Source: Utricularia gibba (taxonomy: Eukaryota > Plantae > Magnoliophyta). Taken from it: a stretch of 64,000 bases of DNA. Made by a program: the position numbers and the translations under genes. This document shows, piece by piece, positions 38,330 through 52,941 of this stretch. The stretch is from contig CM007992.1 of the NCBI GenBank assembly GCA_002189035.1, positions 2,108,001 to 2,172,000 on the forward strand, written 5' to 3'. Numbering within the stretch: position 1 is the first letter of the stretch; each line of letters begins with the position of its first letter. Below the pieces are notes generated by a model that saw only the letters and a list, made by a program, of their open reading frames with translations, did no database searches and was not told where the DNA came from.

Positions 38330-39700
38330 TAGATTCATAAAAGACAACATCTCTAGCCACAAGTATATTTCCAATCTCCTAGTCATATACCTTATATGTC
38401 TTTTATTTAATTGGGTATCCAACCAAAATACTTTTTTTTATCTCTTGGAGATAGCTTATCCTTATTTAGGTGTTCTCATATATATCATGAAGAATCAAAC
38501 ACCTTCATCCATTTCAAGAGTTTGAATGACATTCTATTGGCTAAATATGTTGTAAAACGAGACCTACCCCCAAAAATGGCTAGTAACTGGCAATGAAAAA
38601 TCATTGTTATTGTCACTTTAAGGTGGTGTCTATAGTTTCCTCTCAACTCTCCCATTTTATTGAGATTTCCCAACACATGAAAATTTCTGTTGTTCTCTCT
38701 TTTATGAAAAGCTTCACGCAAGCTACTATCGATGAACTCTCCTCTCTTGTTGCTTCTAATCTACTTAATTTGATGACCATATTAAGTTCTAGCATTTTTC
38801 ATGAATTTAATGATCAAAGAAGGGTACATCTGATTTTTGTTTGATCAAGAACATCCAAGTACATCATGTGTCATCATTCAAAATTGAGAGAAATCCTGTG
38901 TGGCCTATGAGGGTGAGTGTATGATATGAACCCCATAAATCACCATCTATTAAATGCAACGAAAAATCATCAATATGATCATTAAGAATAAAGGAAGGCC
39001 TTTAAAATTAGAGAACGGACAAATGTCATAGGAAAGTTTTTCATAAAGTACATAGAACTTCCATATGTGCATTTGTAATATGATCTAATTTATAGTGTTA
39101 TACATGGATGGATCTATTTCTTTAGTAGATCTAGAAAGTAAATATGTTATACTCAAAATTTGAGACAAGTCCATTAATGGTGCACCGTTTTGTTTTCTCC
39201 TTATTCTCAAAACCTTTCAACACGCATGGCAAAAAAGATCTCTCATCCAAATGTATAGCTCTCTCTTAATCCTCTCAACTCCTAATAATTAATTTGCTTC
39301 CCGATTCTGCAGCAAGCAATAATCTCTATTGAAAGCTTATTTCTCAACTACTTCACTGACAACAAGTTATGCTTGAAAGCTGGCACATAAAGCATTTGAT
39401 CCAATAATAATTGATAAACCCACCTTGACCTTCTCAAACTTAGTCACTACTATGCATTTGTTGTCAGATATGGTGATGAATAAATTGTTCAAATCTCTAG
39501 TATCATCAAACCTCTCCAAATGACAACAAACATGGATAGTAACACCATATTCTATGACTCAATCATAAGCATTCGAATTGGAAAATTGGGAGGAGGAATT
39601 ATACCTGAAAATTCAAATTTCCCAGTTGCCATATTGGGTTGAGGGTTTGCCACATTGTCGCTGATGGTTCTGATTTAAGATATATTTTGATGTGGATTGA
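38330..39700 (-). mobile_element. Degenerate copia protease-integrase fragment
   Basis: Protease-like EYGVTIHVCCHLERF, pre-integrase LYIW...C, integrase tail TTYLANRM and KLSPRDKKKYFG.P... Confidence 0.55.
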
Positions 39701-41561
39701 GAATTGTCGGGGACCTAAAATACTTAACACCTCCTGCTATACCAATTGAGCGATGCATGTGATACATTACCATGAGAATTCCAGCGACTTCGTGTCTCAC
39801 TTAGAGATTCAACATTACTCCAACTATCCCAATATTCATCCAAGAGCATCTGTGGAATCTCAACAAAATTAGCCGTAGGATAGTGTTGAAAATGTTGAGG
39901 ACTTGTTTGGCTCTATTGAGGAAATTGTTGTGGGTGCCTAGCCATTTTTTTGCCCCATCTAATGGGATAACCATTGATTTCATAACATTGATCCTTGAAA
40001 TGTCTCACTTAGAGATTTGAACGTTCCTCGTATGATACTAGCCACTTCAATGATGGCATGTCTCGTTTGGATGAGGATTTAAGCCATAGTAGGTCTAGTT
40101 GCAGCATATCATGAGTAAAACAATCAATTCCTAATCAGTCCTTATTATTTGATATCTTAATGGTCATGATTCTTCAGCTTACAACTCATTTTATATGAAT
40201 GTTGAAATTTTTCTACAATGACAATATAAAATTTTTATGTAAAGTGGATGCAAGCAATGATAGTCGAAATCTAGATGAATATGCCAAAAACCATCAGTGG
40301 TCAATAATGAATGATATTACAACAAATTGTAATTCAATTGATGATTTGAGGAATAGCATTTGTTCTATTATGTGGTGGAAATATTATCACCAATATTGAA
40401 ATACAACATGTAGATGAACATATTAACCAATTTGCACCATTTGTTATTGTATTTCATGAATTTGAATAATTTAAACTTTGTTGTCATCGGATTAATATAA
40501 AGAAAATGAAAATATTAATGTTTTTATTTTTAAGGTATTTTAGTTGTTTATCAAACAATTTTATTTTACATTCTCATTGCATAACACAGCATTATTATTA
40601 CATATTTTATATTCTATTAAAAACTCATTCTTATTCTTAAGAAAATGAGAATATGAAGTAACGAAAGTATTCCGAATTGACCCCAAATACCAATCAAAAA
40701 ATTATGCCGTGAAACTGCGTCTGCTTTGGTGGCTAATTGTGGTGTCCTTTGCCCTCTGCTTGTGCTAGGGGATTGAGTTAAAAAGGGAAATGATCGAGGG
40801 TTCGGGAGAGTTTGAGAAATAGGATATAAATTTCTCCTATTTCATATTATTTTTATCAATTTTATATTTCCATTTTATGTATTTAATTCTCAAATTTAAG
40901 AATTGCTTCAAATTATTAAATTCATCATGCACCCATTTAGATACTGGTGATTTTTGTATTCAGTAAACGTCGTTTTGTGGGCTTAGTATGTTTGAAAGTG
41001 GTATTTCATGCAGCATGAATTTGAGATGTCGGAAATTATTTAATTCATTATATTGATTTCTACTCCAATGCTTGCAGTCCCTAGACGCAAACTCTAGTAT
41101 ATGGGTTCTGTTATTTGCTTTGACAAAGGATAAATAAAAAAGTTCTCAGTAGGGATAATTTCAAAAACTAGTCATAATGTTGTCTTGTTTTCAAACATGC
41201 GTTATAATGTATAAAATGAGTTATATTTAGTCACAATACTTTTCATTGATTGTAAAATTCGGTCACACAACGGAATTAGTAACTGGAGATTATAGGAAGT
41301 TACTAAAATACCCTTGAAGTTAATAAATAAAAAATAAGGAAATAAAAGTTACAATGACTAAAGTTGCAATTTTAGTCACAATTAAGAGAACTATGCTTTT
41401 ATTAGTGTTATCCTCCACTAAGTAACAAATTATAGAATTATTTGGCATTCGATGCTAGGGCTGACTAGTTTTCAATCCCAACCATCTTTTTTTCTTTTTA
41501 ATATTAAATAATTGGAATTTCAATAACTAGATAGTCTTAATCGATTGATCATATTATATAT

Positions 41562-42061
41562 TGATGGAGTTTGAATCGAAGTGAGGTAATCGGCTACTAA
41601 AAAGTAGCCAAAAGGTGTTATGACGGACTAGCGCAGGCCGACATGCCGATAAGTATCATAGTTTGTCAGCAATAGCCATTTTGGAGAGTTTGAAAAGTAG
41701 CCGAGTTACGACAATGACAAAGCAGTCGGCGGTTATCCAAAAGCAAAACCACAGTACGTACAGTATGTGCAGAAAGTAGCCAATATATACAAAATTCAAA
41801 ATTCGGTAGACTAGCCTCTTGTGTAAATATAAGAAACCCTGAAGAAGAAAGAGTTGAACTCCAAGTTCCCTAACTTGTATCCTTTCCCCACCCCATCTAG
41901 TGAAGTCATTTTTCTGGAGAGCTTCGACAGCTCCGTGATTTTTTTGTTATTTGATGGTTTCCACATTAAAATCCCTATTTTTCTTCATTTCTATTAATTG
42001 CATCACACAAAACTCTAATATCTTAATTGGTCCGACTGCATCCCTAAGCCGGACCACAACA
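41562..42061 (+). mobile_element. Solo LTR (500 bp, probably Tat-like)
   Basis: TG...CA with perfect TSD TATAT (41557-41561, 42062-42066); TATAAG box and a GGTCCGAC...ACAACA end. Confidence 0.8.
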
Positions 42062-45000
42062 TATATATTTAATGATAACGCTTATTTATTAAATGATTCC
42101 ACACTTATTTCCATCATTTTACTAAAATTTTGATATTGGTTAGCTAAATAATTTTATTTAAATTTAAGAACTCAAAATAGTCATTATCATTTTAATCATA
42201 TATGTTTTTTAAAAATAAATTTAGATAAATATAATATTTTTTATTTTTATGACTTAATGAATATGTGTACGATTTTCAAGTCTTTTGGATTTCTTATAAA
42301 TTGAATGATCGTATTATTGGATACTTACAATATGTCAAAATGTCAAAGATCAAATCTTATTCACATAAAATACATTAAAATGTCAACAACAAAATCTCCA
42401 TAAAAACATAGTCCTTGAAACATTGTCTCAACGTTGATGGTTTGGCTGGTGGGCAACTATTTTTTTCAAGCTATTTTTAAGGTTAGACAAAATGGTATAG
42501 TTGTTTTTACCTTTAACAATCACTGGTGTATTCACAGCTCTTATGTTATTTGAAACAGGAAAAGTTAATTGTGTAGATGCATGTGTAGTGGTAGCCTTTG
42601 TATAATAAGCAAAGTAAGCCTCGTTACCCACAATTTTTTTTCTTCTTATGTTGTTCTGCAGGTTGATGTAGAGATGCTGGTCGTTTCCCCTTTGTAGCAA
42701 TCTGAAAAAGGACATACATTTTGTATACCACACAAAATTTTTGGAATCACAAGTTTGAATAGAACATACTTGATCTGTGAAACCCAATGCTGTTATTTGG
42801 TTGGTAGTTTCTACTTGTGGTGTTGGATCATCTGTAGAAACTAGAGCATCATTTCCAACTAGTTGATTTACAGTGCTTTCTTGAGTTTGCTATGGCATGA
42901 ATGAAGAACAATGTTAGCAATAAATTGTAACAGAAAAAATGTGTGTGACAAACTTTAAAGAAAGCTTACTGAATGCTCTTTGTTTTTTTGTAGCTTCTTG
43001 CAAGTTCGTTTATTGTGGCCAACTTGTTGGCATGAGCTGCATTGGTTGGACTCCCTTGTTAGCCCTTGTGCTCGGTTCGGATTTTTAACTGGGGGAGGCT
43101 CTTGAGGATTGCGTTTCCTCACCTTTTGTGGCCTGCCAGCCCCTTTTGCATAATTTGGGGGTAATGGAGAAGGAACAACAGAATGCTTCCATAGGTCTTC
43201 ACTAGAAACACACTCAATTGAATGTTGATATTGGCTGATCATGGCACTTGTCTTGTAGCACTCATCAATATAGTTTTCAACCTTATGACCTTACGCCATA
43301 TTGCAGCCACCGCATGACAAAATGGAAACGAAGTTAATTGCCAAGACCCGCAATTGCGTGTTTTTTCCAGTAAATTGATAGTTCTAGTCATGTATGGACC
43401 AACTACTTGATAGTTGTTCTCATCACTCCACATTGCAAAGTATTTTGTTGCATCAACCTCTAATTTTTCCAATCAAGATTTTATCATGGGACATAACTGG
43501 CATTCCCATTTTAAACATTGAGTCCTTATGCTATCAATCCGAATCATCAACAAATTTCTAGGAGAGCATCACACTTAGCAAATAGAGAAAAAAATGCCTT
43601 ACTCCATTCTGTCATATCCCTTTTCTGAAGCCATTCATATGCAGCATGAAATTGTTCTTTCATCTCATCCATGAGATGCTTCCACACTTCCAACCGTGAT
43701 GATCTAGCTGCTGCCCACACCAGTTTTTTAACTGCCATACCAATGAACCCTACCCTTTTCATATTACCGTGCAAGTGCCAGACACAAAAACTCCGTTTCA
43801 GGTAGTAGCTCTTCAAAGCATTCAACTAATCTCTTTTATTTAACGGACATGAATGTCCAAAACTTCCCATTGCCACCTTCAGTTGACAAAATTATCCTTC
43901 TCTACTACAGCAAAAGCATAAGAAAAAATCGAGTTGTTCGCATCTAGGCCAACAGTAATAAGTAACTTACCACCAAACAATCCTTTCAAGAAGCACCCAT
44001 CTAGTCCAATGAATTTACGACAACCATTTTTAAAGTTCTTCTTAATGACTCCAAAACATATATAAACTCCCTGGAATTTTTTGTCTGCATCATTTGTTTC
44101 ACTAGTTGTCTTCAACACAATAATGGAGTCTGGAGTGGCAACTCGTAGCTCACCTAAGTAACTTCTAAGTTTGCTCCATTGCTCATGTGCTGTCCCATCA
44201 AATGCTGCTCTAGCTGCTGCTTTACCATGATGAACCTGTGCCTTAGAAATATCCACCTTTAAGGATGCCACAACATGCTTCCTAAAATCTTGAATTGACA
44301 CTTTGGGATGTTCAGCAACAAACATAGCATACTCCGTACCTAACCACCGTGATTTCATTGACATCAACTTACGCAGCCTACCACAAGCAATGTGCTTCTC
44401 ATGATATGATTTCACAGTCCATCCTTTGTCATTTTGTGTCTGTGAAACGTTGATCATCCACTTACATGCTTTTATCCTGCAGTATGCCACCAACCGTTGT
44501 GGATTGTTGGTCAAAAAAATGGTGTCCTTCCCATTCTTAAAGTTGTAGTTTTCAATTGCCATCTTTGCTTCCTGTTTACTACTAAAAATAAGGTCTTTTT
44601 GTAGAACAGGATTGGCCATTTTTATCTTTAAGTTGAACCTTCTAACCTTGGCTTGGCATCCTAGTTGTAACTCATCTTCATCACTATCTAAACTATCAAA
44701 GTCTTCATCTTCAGTTACCATACCAACCTCATTATCTTCAAAGATATTAGGCATACTTTTTTTTTGCAGCTGTAGACGTCTAGTGAGAGGTAGCAGCTTG
44801 CCCCATGAGAGCCTCACTTGTTGTAATATGCTTCTCAAACACATTTAACTCATCCCTTAAAAATTCTAAATCTGAACCACCTAACTCATCTGGCTGATGA
44901 GTTTCATGTGTATTCTTCCCTATATCATGTTCATATTCTTCGGCTATAACATTATCTTTGTCTATTGACTTGCTTTTTCCTTTTCGACCGTGGCATCTTA

Positions 45001-45445
45001 TAGCATTATCTGAGAACTTACAACCTGAGGCGTGATCAATGTTATCCTCTCCAATACAACCTAAAAGAATATTATCTTATGAAATTTAGAAAAAAAAATT
45101 CATAATGTGAAATCAGAAAAGTTACCCTATAGCTAACCTTTTTTCCAACCTCTAGAGCTTCTTTTCGCAGCTATCTTTTTGCGTTTCGGTTTAGTTGAAC
45201 AAGAACTCTCTACTAAAGGATTTAGAATTTTCGATTAGTATTCTTTCAGTTGTAAACATCACTAAAAATGTAAACTTAGCTTTCACAGCCTTACTTTTTG
45301 ATGCACATGATGACTTACTTCCAGCAGATTTGTCAACCTTTTTAATCACCATATGTGTCACAAAATTCAAGGTAACAATATAGCAAAATACCAACAGCTA
45401 AAGGATGTGCAAATTAGCTTCAACACAAGTATGCTTTATGTTAAG

Positions 45446-46852
45446 TGATAACACACATTTTTCCTGAAATTCATAACACAAAATAGCTATATTTTATTTT
45501 GAAAGTTAGATAAATATGGTTTTTAATGTTTTAGTGGTGTTTATGTTAATCTTGTGTGATTATGCTAAAAAGTGGACTAAATCCTTTGATTTAGTTCACA
45601 ACTTTTGTTAGTAATGTTTCAGTAAGTTTAGCAGGGAGATCAGCAGAAAATCAGACGTACAAATGTGTGGAACAAGTGAAGAAGGGGCAAAATCCTGAGA
45701 AGGACAAAGAGCACTGTTCTGCTGCCATCGCAGTCTGCAAGTTCAGGCCGGGAACAGTGCTGGCGGCCAGGAACAGTACTGGTAGTCAGAAACAGTGCAA
45801 TGAAGTGAAGCAAAAGAAAAGGAAATTAATTCGAAAAAAAAGAAGTAGAGCGCAGAATTGGAGCGACGAACAGGGGGACGAGGGGTTTCTCCCCCAACCT
45901 CCAACTCCAATACGAAGAACACAAATCAAGGGAGAAGAAGGAGGACTGCATCCTCAAGAATAGCATCATAACCCAGCCCAGCACTACTGTTCCGGCCAGG
46001 GAATAGTAGCAGACGGAAAACTGAACTCTTACTGCTTTATTTTAGTTTGTTGATGTTTTCAGTTTCTGCACGCAACTCTTTCACAATGTTCTTGACATTT
46101 TCGTTGTTTTATATTAATGCTATCATGCTTAACCTTCAAAGTATGAGTAGCTAGAACCCTAAGGATGTCTTAAGGTGAAACATGGTGGTGTGGCTCTAGG
46201 AGTATAAGAAGAATTCATTATTGTTTCTTAGTTCTTGTTTCTATCATTCTATGGGTAGACCTGAGGAGGAGAACAAGTAACTTCACAACTAAGAAGCTTG
46301 GTTTAGAGGTAGACTAACAAATCAAGGCGCGCACAGTAGGTGTTAGTCCGGGGTAGAACCAGTAGAACTGGGTATACCTAGTTCTATATACTTTGCATGC
46401 AGGTAGACCTAATTGTAAGGTTGGTGATGATATTGGAGACTAACTTAGCCGAAAATAGGACAAATAACCTGGGTAGATCTAGGAAATTTGAAGTTTTGAG
46501 TGTAGGAACATGGAAAATTAACTTAGACATTTTAGCATCATACTACGTGCAGACCCTTAAGGCATCATCGTATTATTCTGAGTTAGAACCAGTACTTGTT
46601 ACCTTTTGCATTTAAACTTGATTTCGTTTACTGAACTTACCTGCCACTGCTATTCCAAGTTTAGACTAAGACCACTGTTATTCCGAATTTTGCATCTGCT
46701 GAAACACTTAGCAAGCACAAGCTCCTCGTGATCGACCCCGAAATCCACTATACAAGTTTTCTAAATTTGTATTTTTGTAAATTAGGGCTTATAAATTTAT
46801 TTGATAACAAATTTTCTATTTTTGCAACGACACTAGGAATTTTCGTTTATCA
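45446..46852 (+). mobile_element. Solo-LTR-like element, TGATAAC...TTATCA (1.4 kb)
   Basis: Perfect TSD TTAAG (45441-45445, 46853-46857). Confidence 0.9.
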
Positions 46853-47008
46853 TTAAGTGTCATTTTCTAGTTTATTATTCAGTATTATTATGTATTAATT
46901 TAGTGTTAAGTTGCCCAATTAAGAGTTATATTGATAAGTAATTGATTTTCCTAGAAAAATCTTATTTTCCTATTTTATATATGTTTTCTTTGTCTTTTTC
47001 ATACACTT

Positions 47009-48129
47009 TGACCGAGACATGTGAGGAGGTAGTCGTAGAGTGTTGCAAGAGTAATGCACGAGGTCAAACTTTGACTTTTCATGCCTTGTACGCGACTTGG
47101 AACGATTGTGGACGGAAGACTGACACTGGTCAAGGCCCCTGACTTACGGTATGTCAGAGTCTACAAAAATGATTGAACACTAACTTGCACACAAAGGAAA
47201 GATGGTGACGCACGCAAGACAGAAGGAGTTAATGTACTTGGGGAGTGAGATAAAAGCAAATTGAAACACTTATTTTGTAGCTTTTGAACCTTTTCGCACT
47301 TTAGCTTTGTACTTAGAACTTTTGAGTTCTTCCTCTCCTCGAAGGGAGGAAAAACACTTAGCTTCCATTTTCATTTCTGTTTTCATGGCCCTTTCGGGCT
47401 AAACTCCTTTAGTTTCTAGAAGAAGATGAAGTTTCCTTCCAAGTCGTGAGCAATACTCTCGGTTCTTTGTTGAATTTATTTATGATTTCGCATACTTCTA
47501 CGCATCTTGTTGCAGTCTTTCTATAACGACTCCTAGTTAAGGTCCATGAATAGCAAGTCACTCCTCGTGGATTTTGGTTAAGATCATGGTGAAAAGCACC
47601 AACTCCAACCCTATCAGTTCGAGGGAAGTAGTGAATTGTTTGTGGCCTAGATACCACGATAGTGGATAGGTTGTGACCTTATACCTGCCACTAGCTATTG
47701 GCAACAGCTAGGCACACATGTGCAATCGAAGGCAATCCTTTTGTCTTCTTAATCGTCCAAGGGGGAATGACATGAGGCTATTCCCGTACCTCCTTATCAA
47801 TCAGATTGTAAGGTAGAGTAGGCTGTTCCTTGCTCCTATAACCAGCTATTTGGAAGAAATCAGTGACAACCGATGCAAGAATGGACACAGGAAGGAGACG
47901 GAATCTCATTTCCATGAACTGCATCCTATAGTCAAGGTCCATCACTTAGGTTGCAACTTTTATTTTTGCATTTCACAAACCTCCTTTTACAAAACTGTGA
48001 CATTTTGTAGAAGATTTTTACAAAACACTTTTCACGAAAAACAACTTCCTGAGATCGATACTTGTACTACACTCTTTTGTGTTTTACGTTTTATACTTTT
48101 AAAATTTATTGAGGAAACGACACGCAGCA
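47009..48129 (+). mobile_element. Probable solo LTR of another gypsy family
   Basis: TGACCGAG...CACGCAGCA ends with a near-TSD CACTT / CTCTT; non-coding LTR-like content; lies between transposase exons. Confidence 0.5.
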
Positions 48130-50200
48130 CTCTTTGGGTAACCTTTTGTTGCCTTCTAACACATCTCCAACCTCCTCAAACATGCTTCCTGCAAAGTTTA
48201 TTCCAAATACTATTAAATCATAATCCACTGACCATAATGCCATTAAACTATAACAATAAATTACCGAAATTTTTTGGCATCAAATCATCATCATGCTTCT
48301 TGGCTGCGCTGGAATTTCTATCTCGTACCAGTAGTATTTCAAAGGGACCATCTTTTTCCAGTATATCAATACATTCATTAAGTTCAATCTCACTAATTAT
48401 TTCATTTATATCATTGCAACATTTCATCCACACACTAACCAATTGCGCATTTTCATAACCATAGGAAGCAGCAATTTCACGAAAGTATTGCAATGAAAAA
48501 ATTCTCGGATCTAACACATCAATGTAGGTATCCTTAACATCAACATACTTTTGTCTCACAAATCAGCAGATAATTTTTCCACCATAGTGTAAACCGAAAA
48601 ATTTACCTTCAAAGTGCAACTCGCTTGTGCGATTCCATAACCACCACTATTATCCAACTCCGTTTTCTCCCAATTTTTGGTGTTCGACCAACACCTAGAA
48701 TCACACCCAAATGAGGTGAAATTGAAGGAAATAGTGCTTTATATTGGGGAGGGTATTTTAGTAACTTCCTATAATCTCCGTTTACTAATTCTGCCATGTG
48801 ACCGAATTTTGCAATCAATGAAAAGTATTGTGACTGAAATATAACTCATTTTATATATTATGACACATGTTTGAAAACATGATAACATTATAACTAATTT
48901 TTGAAATTATCCCTTCTCAGCACCACAAACTCTAGTGTACGATATCTATTATTTTTTTCATTTTTAATTACTTGAAAAATTTCAGACATTGTAAATCAAC
49001 CACTACAAATCAACATTAGCAGTATCATGGAGAATTAATAAATAAAATAATTCTCAACATTGCAAATTAGTTTATGATGCGCTTGCGGCATACATTACTT
49101 TGGGGCACCCAAAATTCATGTTTGCAATGCCTACAAGAATTAATAAATAAAATAATGCGAAACACCACAAATCAATGCTTGTGGTGTCGGAAGTTCTAGC
49201 ACACAATACTTATAGACCTACACAGTACAAAGCAACACCACCACCTGGGATATTTGAAATGTTGATATTTGTAATTAAGTAAAAATTACAAAAAATTGCG
49301 ACATCAATTCCTGTTGTGCTTGGGAGAATCTCATGGATGTTACTTGTTTAATCCAAAGCAAAAGACAACCCTTACAACATGTAAATCGATAATGAAATGG
49401 AACTTGCCTACCCAAAAAATAAGAAAGTAAGGATTTTATTTATTGCTCATAAATTTTTGGCAAATAATCAATGACAGTAAACATATATGACCCCATATCT
49501 AGGTATTGAGAATCATTTTCAACAAATTCTAAATAAAACAAATATAAATACAATGAAATCATAGTATGAGTGTCTATAACAATGAGTTGATACTAAAGAA
49601 AAAGGTGAAATTGTAACTAAATACAAATTGTCATAAGTAAATGGATTTTAAGAACCACAATAAAACAAAAAATAGAATTAAAACTGATCGATCTTGAGCA
49701 AAAAAAATATTCTTAGGAATATAATCCAATTTCATGTTTATCTTTTTCTCGAGTGTGTCTTTAGTTTCTTTCGGATAAATAATTATAAGACTAAGGAATT
49801 ATTTATACTTTCTTATATTCTTAGGTACGAAATGGTATAAATACGAGATCATTATTTATTCACTTAATGAAATATCTTAGTTACAAACATATCATTACCT
49901 CTACAAAATTAAATGATTAAGAGATAGTATTTTTCATCTTGCACCAAATCAAAATCTGTAAGTAGTAGTCATGTATACATAAACCTTAACAAGTAGATGT
50001 TGCAAATTACTACAACTTGTAGACATAGAAATATGTGAAACATGAAACAAATCTAGAAAAATGTAACATTTGTACTCAAGATGTCAAACGAAACTTGTTA
50101 TATTTTAGCATATAGCTAAAAAATCTCAAAGAAGAAAAATCGAGGAGTAGCTTGACATGAATTATGTTTGATTCAAAATAAGTTTGTGTTTGTGTGGTAT

Positions 50201-50471
50201 TGATGCAAAACAAAGACCACCAAATTTACGTGAAAACCTCGAGGGGAAAAAACCACGGGCGAAACATCACTCAAAGATGAACGAATTTTGGGGAAATCTA
50301 ATTACAACTACAAGCCATACTCATAAACTCAACTCACACCTCCTAAAATTAGAACTCAACCTCCTTATATCGTGTGAATGGAGGTTAGTTTTAATGGAAA
50401 AGATAGATACCCAACTTTTTTTTCTTGAACCAACTTTCCTATTTTATTATGTAGTTGAATACCACACATCA
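50201..50471 (-). mobile_element. copia-type LTR-like fragment
   Basis: The reverse strand reads TGATG...CCGTGGTTTTTTCCCCTCGAGGTTTTCACGTAAAT...GCATCA; the flanks GGTAT / GGGTT are only a poor TSD. Confidence 0.45.
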
Positions 50472-51486
50472 GGGTTGTTCACAAATAGAAAGCAATCAAA
50501 TCATTTGATTGCTTATCTTAAACATGAGTCATACTTGGTGGTTTGAAATACGAATAAATGGCCCCAACTAAAGAAGTGATTTTTTTGTCCATTCCACAAT
50601 GACTTCACTTGATCTCTCATCAATATTTCAACAAAACTTAATTCAACCAAGAAATAAGGTGCTTAACTGTGAGTGACCATTGCAAATTGGGAATCGAAAA
50701 TGAAATCAAGTTCACTCCCTACTCCAACAGATGGAGAAGGGAAGATTGAACGATGGTTTCCAATTCCTTTTTCCAGTTCTAAAAGTGTTCCCCTTTGACA
50801 AATGTCGAAAAGTGTAGAACACTCTGTCAGCTCCCTTGAATTCCCATCCCCAACAAATTCTAAGCATAAAACGAAAGTGTTCATGTTTGTTCCTCTTACC
50901 CACTCTCGCGTACAACTACCTCCAATAATGGGTCATTTTCATGCATATTGCTTCTCTTAATCTCCAACATACGTTTCACCACTGTTGCGAGCTCTTCCTT
51001 TGACACCTATCTCAAAAATCCTCCTAAAACAAGGAAAATTCAAACATAATATAAATATTTACATTTTCATATTATTTAAATATCTAGTTTAATACCTAGT
51101 TTAGCGATTCTCAAATAAATTAAACTATAAAAATACATATAAAAATATGTAGAAAATTACATTTCACACCATGCGCATTTTATGACAACATTGTGAATGC
51201 GAAGACAATTTTTTATAAGAGAAAAGCATTAGTATTTTCTTAATCTTTATAAAATTCTTATGAGTCCAACTCTTGTTCGATTGCTATTTCACCATTAATC
51301 AAAAATGGATATGGCCAAATCATCACATTATTGTATCCATTCAACTATGCTGGCGACTAAAGAATCTCTTGGTTATCATCATACTCTTGAGTATATGGAT
51401 TCCCGTACTCCTCCGAGACCAGTTCCACCTATAAATTAGTTGACATCTCCCTCATAATAAAGTTATACAATAAAGTTCATGCAAGA

Positions 51487-52941
51487 TAATAACTCGTATT
51501 TTTTTAGTAGTTTTAGGTTATGAAATTAATGTATTTCTAGTGGAATTGTGTGTTTTAAATATTATTTTATATATTTTCTAATTTTGATTATTATTGTGTT
51601 TTGATTAAAAAAGTGTTATCAAAGCAGCAACGTTTATTATTTAGACCTATTTATTGAGTTTAGCATCAAGGCTTTTTATCAAAGTAGCACAATATTCTAT
51701 ATCTAAAATCAATAACCGATGAGAGCATGGATATCAGAAACAAAAAGAATGGAGATGAGGGAAATAAAACCCGTAATCCTCTTGTAAATTCTCTTGAGTC
51801 AATCACATGATCAAACCTACAAAAGAATCAATAGGTTCTTAAGGATTATTGGTCAATCAGTAAAATTACAAGTATATGGTATTGAGTTCAACCTATTTAA
51901 AATGAATCAATAAAAATAAAGTTGGGTCATGATTTCCTAGTTCACTACTAACAACATTCTTTTGACTACACTCATTTCTCTATTTATATAAAAAAGAACT
52001 CATCTTTGTTGATAGATAATTATTATTGTAATTATTGTGAGAGCAATGTTTCTACTTTAAGTTTTTGAAAAACTTTAGATCTATCAAATTTTGTTTGTGT
52101 TATGTAGTTTAATTTATCTCATCTTTTTCTTTATTTTGTAAGTATGATATTTTTTTTCCATAAATTGGATTGTAAGGATATTCATTTCTTAAGGGCCACC
52201 TTTTTTTTTTGATGAATTGCTTTTATTGAAAATTGAAATATTTGATTTTCCAAATACTTTTTATTTGGAGGATCACATCAATAATATATAACATGAGGAA
52301 GAAATAAAATGGATAATTTAATAACAAAAAATGAAGAAAATAAAATAAATAAAAATTTTCCTACAAGGGAATGGCATGAGCTGAAATGCAAAAAGGAAAT
52401 ATGATGATTGCTTATAAAATTCCATGAGATGATGGCCATATTACACCACTTGGACAAAAAAAGAGACAAGAAAAAAGGAGATATTTTCACAATCTCCAAG
52501 ATCATTTTTATGAAATAAAGAGACAATTTTCAGAGACATACTCACATATAGAATAGAGAAGAACACAAACCAAAAGAGGAGGAAGAAAAAGGAGCATTTT
52601 CTTTCAACCAAAGAACCACAAATCCGATTTCAAGAAGGAATTACATCTTGGTGGAAATAGTCTCATCGGAACATGACTTATTTTATTGATATTTTATATA
52701 TTTGAATATTTTATTTACACTTATTACTTTATTTCCCTAATAGTAGCTATCAACTTGTTATAAATCCAAGGGGAGAATAGGGGAATAGTAAAACACCTAA
52801 TCTATGAGATTCAACTCCTTTAGTTCGATCCCAAAACCACTATGCATACTTGATTTGTATTAAGTGTTGAATATTGTTTATAAATCTTATTTGATATGAA
52901 AATTCTATTTTTATAATATTATTAAAAAAAAATTTTTATCA
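51487..52941 (+). mobile_element. Gypsy-type LTR-like element (copy B)
   Basis: Starts TAATAACTCG (TGATAAC-like) and ends TTTTATCA; the 3' part is homologous to 33794-35584. TSD not convincing. Confidence 0.55.

Larger units (their letters stand above)
42955..48610 (-). pseudogene. MuDRA-like transposase, multi-exon, disrupted
   Basis: N-terminal exon with HYGGK...KYV...YID (48250-48610); MuDR domain and FIGLDGCFLKG...GLDANNSIFSYAFAVVEK (ORF 43879..44844); RSFCVWHLHGN; SWIM CGSWQLTSFPFCHAVAAI; CCHC CSSCQQVGHNKRTC. Confidence 0.9.
41152..48913 (-). mobile_element. Autonomous-type Mutator (MuDR) DNA transposon, degenerate
   Basis: TIRs of about 162 bp (41152-41313, 48751-48913) beginning GGGATAATTTCAAAAA; 9-bp TSD TTCTCAGTA / TTCTCAGCA; internal transposase. 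Confidence 0.95.

Noticed and set aside
47850-48458. 202-aa plus-strand ORF as a novel gene
   Set aside because: It overlaps an LTR-like element and the antisense strand of a MuDR exon, and has no recognisable domain.
48914-49300. CACTA element hosting the MULE
   Set aside because: CACCACAA/TTGTGGTG-like motifs are present, but no CACTA TIR pair, 3-bp TSD or transposase could be identified.
50640-51000. Coding-looking minus-strand ORFs (50663..50884, 50712..50915)
   Set aside because: Short, with no motif I can assign; probably a decayed TE or gene fragment.
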